DNA of 64,000 nucleotides from an uncultured Bacilli bacterium (GTDB lineage Bacteria > Bacillota_I > Bacilli_A > RF39 > UBA660). The stretch covers positions 5,192-69,191 of the forward strand of contig CAKOSZ010000007.1 of NCBI GenBank assembly GCA_934119955.1, given 5' to 3'. Positions 26,827 to 35,184 of the stretch are shown one piece after another. The notes below the pieces were generated by a model. It had not been told where the DNA came from. It did no database searches and saw only the letters and a list, made by a program, of their open reading frames with translations. The position numbers and the translations under genes are program-made. Position 1 is the stretch's first letter. The number at the start of each line of letters is the position of its first letter.

Positions 26827-29397
26827 ATGGTGAGTCGTATGACAGAAAATTTTGAAAGCAAGCAACAGAATAAACAAGATATGCAAGATGCTGGTGCTAA
26901 AACGGCTCACGTTGCTGGTAAGGTAGCTGCAAGTTATTTTGGTGGAACCTTGGGAAATGTTGCTTATGATAAAATTTTTCAGACTAAACTAGGACAAAAA
27001 ATAGAACAAGGAGCTGGAAAAGTTATTTCAAGAGTTCCTGGCGTAAATAAATTAAATAAAAAATTGAATGATACAGGTGCGGTTGATGCTGCTGATAAAG
27101 CAGTTGATTTAGTTGGAGGAAAAGGAGCGGCAAAGGCTGGTAAAAGTGTGAATTCACTTCCAAAATCTGGAATTGGTGCTGCCAGTAAAACGACTAAACC
27201 ACTTGGTAGAGGCGGAAGAAAAACAACCGGTGATGGTTCAACTCCAAAAGCATTAGAAAATCGCAAAAAAGGTGGTTATGCAAAAGATTTCTTATCAAGA
27301 AATAAGACAAATAGTACCAGTAGCACAACAAGTACTGAAGAAACTTCTTCTGATACAAATAACGAAGAAGAAGAAAATGAAACAAACGAATTAGGTGAAA
27401 GTAAAGATATATTTAGTTTTGGTTTTTCTAAATTTAAGTTAAAAATTTTGCTAATTTTTGGTTGTGGTGGTTTTATTATTTTATTGTTATTAGTGCTTAT
27501 GGTAACTACTAGTATGTTTGCAACTACTGATACATCACTTGCTCCAATTTCAAGTATAAATTCTGATGAAACTCAAAATCATTATTATGATAATGAAAAA
27601 TATCCTGAATTATATGAACAGGAAATTAAATTTAATAATTCGATTGGTAATAAAGAATCATCTAGTGGAATAATTGGTGAATACCAAGATAAGTATGGGG
27701 TAACACTGGATGTTTATATGTTAGAAGCAACTTTACTTTATAGAGATTATGCTTATTATTTAGTACGACTTGATAATATAAGCGAAGAAGAATATAAAAA
27801 ATTAACGGAATCTGATCCAGGTTATCATCAAAAAATATATAATTTTGAGGAAGCAGCAAAATATATTAACACAGTTGCTGAATTGATGATATCATCAACT
27901 GGAGAAGGTGAATATGTAAATTATTACACTGATATAACTAAAAATGGTGAATATTATAATAAATTATTGAATAGTTCTTTTTTTACTGAGTATTATTCAA
28001 AAGTATTAGCATATGAAAAATATAGTGATCAGACAAAATTAGTTGATGAAATATTTGATTATGCTGAATTTATGCGTTATGCAGTGGAAGGAGAAAAAGT
28101 ATCTTCATATATAATTAGTGACTCTATGAAAGTTCATTTGCAAACATGTGCAAAGTATAAATATAAAATAATTAATAATATAAGTATATATGATAATCCA
28201 GCGGCAACAAATAATGAAGCAGAAGCACCTTCAATAGTTTCTTTGGTTGATTACGGGGTAGGAGTTCTTTATGGAGAACTTAGTAGTTATACAAAGAGTT
28301 ATGCTAATGGACAAGGTGATAATATGAAAGAAGGGTTAAAAGCTCTTTTAGTTGCTTCTTATAGTTTTATGCTTGGTCAAAGATCATATGGACATACTGG
28401 TCTTGATTTAAAACAGCCTGATTTGTATTATCCGACTGGTAATTGTCGAATGGTATGCTGTAATCCTAATACAAATTCTCATTATGCCAAGTATAATGGT
28501 GATAAACATGGAACTTGTATGTCAACAACTAGTTCGTCTGCTAATCATCCGGCTTTAAGTCAGGATCAATTAACTAAGCTTCGGGAACTAGTATCAGAGG
28601 TTTTTGGTGAAGTTATGGTAGAAAAAGGAGTAACTACAAGTACATTTTCTGGTTATAAAGATATTAAATATGGAAATTATTATGATTCTATAAATAATTC
28701 TGATTGTGGTGCTAATTGTTTAGGTCAAGAAGAGGCAATACAAGATTCCAAAAATGGAATGACATATCGTGAAATACTTGCTAAATACTATGATTCTACT
28801 AAATATGACATCATTAATATAAAAGAAGGATTATATGTTGAAAATGCAAATTATAGTAATGCTTCATATGATGGAAATGTTATATTTTATGATCAAGGAG
28901 ATTATAGCAAGGTTAATTTCTGTGGTCAAAGTAATAAACATATATCATCATCTGGATGTGGTGTTACATCTATGGCAATCGTTGCTTCTTCGTTTACAGG
29001 AAATAAAACTTATGATCCAGTATATATGATGAATTTGGCTTATAGTATGGGAGATTGTGGCTCAGGAATACGAGGTACAAATGCTTCTTTCTTTAAAAAA
29101 GCAGCTCAAAAACTTGGCTTTGGTTATAAGTATATTGGTAAAAAAAATGCTAGTCAAGTTGTAGATGTACTTAAAACCGGAAAATCAATGGTTATTGCTC
29201 ATATGGATAAAGGACATTTTACAGATAATGGTCATTACATAGTTTTGACGGCTGTTAATGAAAATGGTAAAGTATATGTTCATGATCCTAATAATAGAGG
29301 AAATAGTAAAAACAAGAAAACTGGAAATGGTTGGTATGATTTAGATATGATAGCAGGGGAACTCAAAAGTGGTTTTTACGTTATAACGAAAGGGTGA
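26827..29397 (+). CDS. T4SS-associated cell-wall hydrolase with a C-terminal C39-like (papain-fold) peptidase domain
   Basis: Disordered G/A/K-rich N-terminus, one TM helix (LLIFGCGGFIILLLLVLMV), a large extracytoplasmic region, then catalytic-type Cys (SSSGCGVTSMAIVASSF) and His (GHYIVLTAVNENGKVYVHDPNN) motifs. Confidence 0.5.
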   Translation: MVSRMTENFESKQQNKQDMQDAGAKTAHVAGKVAASYFGGTLGNVAYDKIFQTKLGQKIEQGAGKVISRVPGVNKLNKKLNDTGAVDAADKAVDLVGGKGAAKAGKSVNSLPKSGIGAASKTTKPLGRGGRKTTGDGSTPKALENRKKGGYAKDFLSRNKTNSTSSTTSTEETSSDTNNEEEENETNELGESKDIFSFGFSKFKLKILLIFGCGGFIILLLLVLMVTTSMFATTDTSLAPISSINSDETQNHYYDNEKYPELYEQEIKFNNSIGNKESSSGIIGEYQDKYGVTLDVYMLEATLLYRDYAYYLVRLDNISEEEYKKLTESDPGYHQKIYNFEEAAKYINTVAELMISSTGEGEYVNYYTDITKNGEYYNKLLNSSFFTEYYSKVLAYEKYSDQTKLVDEIFDYAEFMRYAVEGEKVSSYIISDSMKVHLQTCAKYKYKIINNISIYDNPAATNNEAEAPSIVSLVDYGVGVLYGELSSYTKSYANGQGDNMKEGLKALLVASYSFMLGQRSYGHTGLDLKQPDLYYPTGNCRMVCCNPNTNSHYAKYNGDKHGTCMSTTSSSANHPALSQDQLTKLRELVSEVFGEVMVEKGVTTSTFSGYKDIKYGNYYDSINNSDCGANCLGQEEAIQDSKNGMTYREILAKYYDSTKYDIINIKEGLYVENANYSNASYDGNVIFYDQGDYSKVNFCGQSNKHISSSGCGVTSMAIVASSFTGNKTYDPVYMMNLAYSMGDCGSGIRGTNASFFKKAAQKLGFGYKYIGKKNASQVVDVLKTGKSMVIAHMDKGHFTDNGHYIVLTAVNENGKVYVHDPNNRGNSKNKKTGNGWYDLDMIAGELKSGFYVITKG

Positions 29398-30089
29398 ATA
29401 TGAAAAAAATATTATTTTTGCTTCCTTTGATTTTTTTAATAACAGGTTGTAGAGTTAATTATAAACTTGAAATTAATAAAGATTTAACTGTTACAGAGAA
29501 AATTAATATGAGCGAGTCAGCAGAATTTTTTTCTAATAGATATAAAGAATTACCAAAAACAGTAATTGACTCGTTATTTAATTCGGGAAATCGTAAACAA
29601 ACTTTAATTGATAACAATTACGAGTATGAAGATTCTAAAATGAATAATTATCCTGCTATTTTAGCAACTAAGCATTATTCTTCTTTAGAAGATTTTTCTA
29701 AAAATACTATTTTTAAGAAAGAATTTTTTAATTCAGTAACAACTAAAATTGATAATAATTTGGTTACTTTTGAAGCAACTGATTTGGTTGAATATGATAC
29801 AGAAGATGTTGATTTATATGAGGTATCAGGTTGTAATATTTCAATAAAAGTTCCATTCGTTGTTACAAGTAACAATGCAGATAGTTATGATGCTAAGACT
29901 AATACTTATACATGGAAAATATCAAGCGAAAAACCAAAAGAAATTAAAATAACATTTGATAAAAATAAGATATATGTGTATAATATTGTCATGTATATTT
30001 CTATGTTTATATTAGCATTAATTATTTTGATAATAATAATACTTACTTTAAAAATGCGAAATAAAAATAAGATAAATAATAATTTTTAG
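29394..30089 (+). CDS. lipoprotein with a C-terminal TM anchor (possible VirB8/PrgL-class component)
   Basis: Lipobox LITGC after the signal peptide and a C-terminal TM (LALIILIIIILTL). Translationally coupled to the hydrolase (ATGA overlap at 29394). Confidence 0.45.
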   Translation: MNMKKILFLLPLIFLITGCRVNYKLEINKDLTVTEKINMSESAEFFSNRYKELPKTVIDSLFNSGNRKQTLIDNNYEYEDSKMNNYPAILATKHYSSLEDFSKNTIFKKEFFNSVTTKIDNNLVTFEATDLVEYDTEDVDLYEVSGCNISIKVPFVVTSNNADSYDAKTNTYTWKISSEKPKEIKITFDKNKIYVYNIVMYISMFILALIILIIIILTLKMRNKNKINNNF

Positions 30090-30111
30090 ATAAATGTTTT
30101 AGGAGGCATGA

Positions 30112-32463
30112 ATGAAATTAAAAATGCGTTTTGATGCAGATGATATGAAAAAATTTTTACTTATATGTTTAGTACTTTTATATATTGTTTGTATTGCTAT
30201 TTCAAATTTGTCATCAGTAACCTCAACTGGTGAATTTACTGGTTTAAATCCTCTACCAGCGTTTAGTGCTGATATGATTACGGCAACTCTTGCTTTTTAT
30301 GTAATTGCTCTTGTTGCATTATTACTTAGTTGCAAAAGTTATTTCTTTGATTTTGAAAAAGGAATAGGTTTTACAACTGAAAAAAAAGCAAGTGATGGTT
30401 ATAGTAAATGGTGTGATGCCAAGGAAATGAAAAAAGAATTAAAATTAGTTTATCCAACAGATGTTAAAACTGATGCGGCTGGTGTTGCTTTAATAAATGA
30501 TGGTAAAAAAATTTATGTTGATAATAGTGAGTATCATAATTTAGTAATAGGAGCAACTGGTTCTGGTAAAACAACTGCTATAATTTTTCCTATGATAGAA
30601 CTTCTTGCTAAGCATGGAGAGTCAATGATTTTAACCGATCCCAAGGGTGAATTATATGAAAAAAAGAGCAATATGTTACGCTCTAAGGGTTATAATATTG
30701 TACTTTTAAACTTTCGTGATCCTGGTAAAGGAAATTCATGGAATCCTCTTAGTTTACCATATAAATTATGGAAAGAAGGAAATCAAGATAAGGCAACTGA
30801 GTTACTAGAAGACTTATCAGCTAATATCTTGTATGATGAAAATAATAAAAATGGCGATCCCTTCTGGGAAAAAACATCTGCCGATTATTTTTCTGGATTA
30901 GCACTTAGTTTATTTGAAGATGCTAATGAAGATGAAGTTAATTTAAATAGCATAAGTTTAATGACAACTATTGGGGAAGATAAAATAGGTGGTAGTACTT
31001 ATATAAAAGAGTATTTTAAAGATAAAGATCCTAATAGTGCTGCTTATATAAGCGCCTCTTCTACAATTCTTGCCCCTAATGAAACTAAAATGAGTATTAT
31101 AGCAGTTTTTAAACAAAAAATTAAATTATTTGCTTCCCGTGTTAACTTGTCTGAAATGCTATCACATAGTGATTTTGATATTGGTGACATAGGTAGAAAA
31201 AAAACAGCAGTATTTATAATTATTCAAGATGAAAAGAAAACATATCATTCATTAGTTACAATTTTTATTAAACAAGTTTATGAAACTTTAATAGATGTTG
31301 CTCAGAGTAATAATGGTAAACTTCCAATAAGAACTAATTTTTTAATGGATGAATTTGCAAATATGCCGCCTTTAAAAGATGTAACTACGATGATTACAGC
31401 TGCTCGTAGCCGTTTAATGCGTTTTACTATGATTATTCAAAACTTTGCCCAATTAAATGAAGTATATGGGGAATCCAATGCTGAAACTATAAAAAGTAAC
31501 TGTGGTAATTTAATATATTTGATATCAACAGAATTGAGAGCACTTGAAGAAATTAGTAAAATGTGTGGTGAAATTAAAGTTAAAACGGGAAAAGATGAAA
31601 AAGAAAAAGAAGAAACAAGACCACTTGTTACAATAAGTGATTTACAAAAATTAAAAATGAATGAAGTTATAATTAGAAGATTTCGTATGGCTCCATTCAA
31701 AACTAAACTTACTCCCGATTATAAAATGAATTGGGGACGTACTTATAAGGAAGTGTCAACTCAAAACATAAAAGAAAGACCTAGACGTGAAGTAAAAGTA
31801 TTTAATCTTAAAGGTTACGTTGAAGCTAAGAAAAAAGAAAATAATCCATTTGGTGGGGGATTTCCATCTGGATTTGGTGGATCACCATCATTTGGTGGAG
31901 GATTTGGCTCTGATTTTTCAGATATGTTTGGAGGCATGAAAAATGATTTTCCAGCTACATCTAGACCAAGTAATGAATCTAAAATTGATGTTGATAGAAT
32001 ACTAAAAAATATTGATGCTAAAATAGCAGAACTTGAAGAAGAAGAGAAAAGATTAGATCAAGAAGATAATAAAGAAAATGATAATTCTATTTTAACAGCA
32101 CTTGAAGATGAAGATAATCAAGTTCAAAGTGTTGATAATGATATTGAAAATACTAAAAGCCAAACAAATAATAATTCTGAAATACTTCCTGATAATGAAT
32201 TTAAAAATCTTATTTCAAGCTTTGATAACGACGAATTCATTAAAAAAGAGGATAACGATAAGTTAGAGACTACGGATACTCCTCAAAATATCGATGAATT
32301 GATTGATAAAATTAAAGAACAAAGTGGTGATGAATTACTTAACAAAGTTAAAGAAGAAAATCATAATGTTAAAGAAAATATTAAACCAAACATGAATTTA
32401 GTAGAAGAAAACAAGTATAAAGAAGTAAGTGATGATGAATTTTTTGATGACTTTTTTGATTAA
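30112..32463 (+). CDS. VirD4/TraG-family type IV coupling protein
   Basis: Two N-terminal TM helices, Walker A GATGSGKTT, the family motif DPKGELY, and a Walker B region (FLMDEFAN). A Gly-rich, acidic disordered C-terminal tail. Confidence 0.8.
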   Translation: MKLKMRFDADDMKKFLLICLVLLYIVCIAISNLSSVTSTGEFTGLNPLPAFSADMITATLAFYVIALVALLLSCKSYFFDFEKGIGFTTEKKASDGYSKWCDAKEMKKELKLVYPTDVKTDAAGVALINDGKKIYVDNSEYHNLVIGATGSGKTTAIIFPMIELLAKHGESMILTDPKGELYEKKSNMLRSKGYNIVLLNFRDPGKGNSWNPLSLPYKLWKEGNQDKATELLEDLSANILYDENNKNGDPFWEKTSADYFSGLALSLFEDANEDEVNLNSISLMTTIGEDKIGGSTYIKEYFKDKDPNSAAYISASSTILAPNETKMSIIAVFKQKIKLFASRVNLSEMLSHSDFDIGDIGRKKTAVFIIIQDEKKTYHSLVTIFIKQVYETLIDVAQSNNGKLPIRTNFLMDEFANMPPLKDVTTMITAARSRLMRFTMIIQNFAQLNEVYGESNAETIKSNCGNLIYLISTELRALEEISKMCGEIKVKTGKDEKEKEETRPLVTISDLQKLKMNEVIIRRFRMAPFKTKLTPDYKMNWGRTYKEVSTQNIKERPRREVKVFNLKGYVEAKKKENNPFGGGFPSGFGGSPSFGGGFGSDFSDMFGGMKNDFPATSRPSNESKIDVDRILKNIDAKIAELEEEEKRLDQEDNKENDNSILTALEDEDNQVQSVDNDIENTKSQTNNNSEILPDNEFKNLISSFDNDEFIKKEDNDKLETTDTPQNIDELIDKIKEQSGDELLNKVKEENHNVKENIKPNMNLVEENKYKEVSDDEFFDDFFD

Positions 32464-32498
32464 AACTAATAGATTTTGCAATTTATTAGTTTTTTTCT
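32464..32498 (+). terminator. rho-independent terminator after the coupling-protein gene
   Basis: AACTAATA-(12-nt loop)-TATTAGTT followed by TTTTTTT. Confidence 0.65.
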
Positions 32499-32566
32499 AT
32501 ATAACAGTCTTGATAATGAATAGATAATTTGCTATAATGAATATATATTATAGAGGTGTTTAAGAA

Positions 32567-33994
32567 ATGAATATGAAAAAGTTTAAAAAGCTTTTATTAC
32601 TACTATTAATAAGTGGTATATATGTTAATGTATGGGCAGAAAATGAAAATACAGGTGAAACTAAAAATGAAACTGAGGAAGTTATAACTAAAAAAAGTAA
32701 TGATACAACTTTAAAAGATGTATATTTTAATGATGAAAAAGTAGTTTGTTCTAATTATGTTTGTGAGAAAATAATAGAAAATAATGATATTAATAAAGTA
32801 ACAATTACTTATAAGACAAATGATGCAAAAGCAACAGTATCAGCTGAAAAACTAGAAAAAGAATTAAAGAATGGTTTAAATGAATTTAAGGTAACAGTAA
32901 CTGCTGAGGATGGTACAAGTAAAGATTATACTTTTAAAATAACTAAAAAAGTTTTATCAACTGATAGTTCTTTAAAAAAAATAACAGCAAATGGTAAAGA
33001 AGTAACTTTAAAAAAAGATGTTACTAAATATAATGTTAGTGTTAGTTTTGCTGCTAAAAAAATAGAAATTGAAGCAACGCCAAATTCTAGTACTGCTAAA
33101 ATTGATGGATTTAAAAGCAATAAAATATCATATGATTTCTTTGATACAGAAAAAGAAATTAAAATTAAAGTAATATCAGAAGCAGGAGATATGACAACTT
33201 ACGTTTTAAATGTTACTAAGCGTGAAGAACAAGTTGTAACTTTAAAAAATATTACTATTAAAAATGCTAAAATTAATTTTGAAAGTGGTGTCTATGATTA
33301 TGAATTATCAGTTCCTAAGAGTGTTGAAAAACTAGAAATAGATGCTACACCAACCAATCAAGATGCCAAAGTTACTATAACTGGTGCTGATAAATTACAA
33401 ATAGGTGAAAACACAATAACAATTGAGGTTGAAAATGATGGTAATACTAAAACTTATACAATCAAAGTTACAAGACTTGAAAGTGATGATAAAAGTTTAG
33501 CCAACCTAAAAAGTATTGAAATAGAAAAATATAAATTAGATTTTAAAGAAGATAAATATGAATATGATTTAAAAATAGGCGATGATAATTACTTGGTTAT
33601 TAAGGCACTTCCAAAAGTAGATACAAGTGATGTACAAATAACAGGTAATTTAGATTTAGAAAATGGTAGTATTATTAAAATTAAAGTTCAATATAACGAT
33701 GAAACAACAAGTATTTATAAAATTAATATAATTAAAGAAGCAGTAACTGAAAAGAAAAATAATACTTCTAAATTAATAATTATAATTGTTATAACTTTAA
33801 TTATAATTGCCATTGTTGTAATTTTAATTATGCAACTTAAAAATAAGAAAAACAAAAATGATGTAAATAAAAACGAAAAAAAAGAGAAAAAAGAAATAGA
33901 TAAAAAAGAAACAGAAATAGAAAGTGAAAATAAAAATAAAAAACAAAGTATTATTACTCTTAGCGATGATGAAGAAATAGAAGATATTATTTAA
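32567..33994 (+). CDS. surface protein with four cadherin-like beta-sandwich repeats and a C-terminal TM anchor
   Basis: Signal peptide, then 4 x ~85-aa repeats ((T/S)LK.I...Y...V....(K/E)IEI(E/D)ATP...AK(V/I)...). Hydrophobic anchor LIIIIVITLIIIAIVVILIM and a charged tail. Confidence 0.55.
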   Translation: MNMKKFKKLLLLLLISGIYVNVWAENENTGETKNETEEVITKKSNDTTLKDVYFNDEKVVCSNYVCEKIIENNDINKVTITYKTNDAKATVSAEKLEKELKNGLNEFKVTVTAEDGTSKDYTFKITKKVLSTDSSLKKITANGKEVTLKKDVTKYNVSVSFAAKKIEIEATPNSSTAKIDGFKSNKISYDFFDTEKEIKIKVISEAGDMTTYVLNVTKREEQVVTLKNITIKNAKINFESGVYDYELSVPKSVEKLEIDATPTNQDAKVTITGADKLQIGENTITIEVENDGNTKTYTIKVTRLESDDKSLANLKSIEIEKYKLDFKEDKYEYDLKIGDDNYLVIKALPKVDTSDVQITGNLDLENGSIIKIKVQYNDETTSIYKINIIKEAVTEKKNNTSKLIIIIVITLIIIAIVVILIMQLKNKKNKNDVNKNEKKEKKEIDKKETEIESENKNKKQSIITLSDDEEIEDII

Positions 33995-34009
33995 CAAGGG
34001 AATGATTTT

Positions 34010-35125
34010 ATGCTAAAAAAGATGGATAAATGTTTAGTTATATGTACTTTTATATTATTGGTAATTGGACTAGTTATGATTTTTTCAGCTAGCAATGTTA
34101 CTAGTTATATGAAATATTTAAAAAGTCCATATTACTATTTTCTAAAACAATCCATCTTTTTTGTTATTAGTTTAATTTTATCTTTTTTTATTTTAAAAAT
34201 TGATACTAAAAAATATCATTACATTAGTTTTCCTTTAATAATAATTATTATAACTCTTTTAGTAATAGTTTTATTTAATGGTAAAGTAAGTAACCAAGCA
34301 AGAAGTTGGTTTAGTATATTTGGAATATTTACTGTACAACCAAGTGAATTTGCTAAAATATTTACAATTATGTGGTTTGCATCTTATTACAGTATTAACA
34401 AAAATTGCTTGGATGTAAAAAAAGTAATATTTCCTCTAATTATTTCTGTTGGAATTGCTTTTTTAATTGCTTTACAACCAGACTTAGGAACAACTTTACT
34501 TTATTGTGGCTTAGTATTTTTTATGTTTTTAAGTTTACCGATAAGTAAAAAAATTAAAAGAAATAGTATTATAGTACTAATTGCTATTATCTGTATAGGC
34601 TTATTATTATTGTTAAATAATGGAGTTAAACTAGTATTTGAAAGACAAATTCAAAGATTTAACTTTTTAAATCCTTGTGAGAGAATATATAGTGATGGAA
34701 ATCAAGTTTGTAATGGGTATATTGCAATTAATAATGGTGGTTTATTTGGCAAAGGTCTTGGTAATAGTACTCAAAAGTATTTATATTTACCAGAAGCATA
34801 TACAGATTTTATATTTGCAATAGTAGTTGAAGAATTAGGATTAATTATCTCGGTTGTTATTTTGCTTCTAATGTTTTTAGTATTATGGCGAATATTTATA
34901 ATTGCTAAAAAGAGTACAACAACAAGAGGAATGCTTTTATGTTACGGTGTGTTTTTCTATATATTGTTGCATATAATTATAAATTTAGGTGGCCTTTTAG
35001 GATTAATTCCTTTAACTGGGGTACCACTTCCATTTTTAAGCTATGGAGGAAGTTATTTAATGTGCTTAGTTTCTAGTATTGCAATCGTTCTTAGAGTTGA
35101 TCTTGAAAATAAAAAAATTAAATGA
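34010..35125 (+). CDS. SEDS-family peptidoglycan polymerase (FtsW/RodA/SpoVE)
   Basis: 10-TM topology and the conserved C-terminal motif GLIPLTGVPLPFLSYGGSYL. Confidence 0.8.
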   Translation: MLKKMDKCLVICTFILLVIGLVMIFSASNVTSYMKYLKSPYYYFLKQSIFFVISLILSFFILKIDTKKYHYISFPLIIIIITLLVIVLFNGKVSNQARSWFSIFGIFTVQPSEFAKIFTIMWFASYYSINKNCLDVKKVIFPLIISVGIAFLIALQPDLGTTLLYCGLVFFMFLSLPISKKIKRNSIIVLIAIICIGLLLLLNNGVKLVFERQIQRFNFLNPCERIYSDGNQVCNGYIAINNGGLFGKGLGNSTQKYLYLPEAYTDFIFAIVVEELGLIISVVILLLMFLVLWRIFIIAKKSTTTRGMLLCYGVFFYILLHIIINLGGLLGLIPLTGVPLPFLSYGGSYLMCLVSSIAIVLRVDLENKKIK

Positions 35126-35184
35126 GAATACTTGTCTAAAATAAATTTAAATGCTATAATTAAAATGAAAATAGGAGAGGATTT

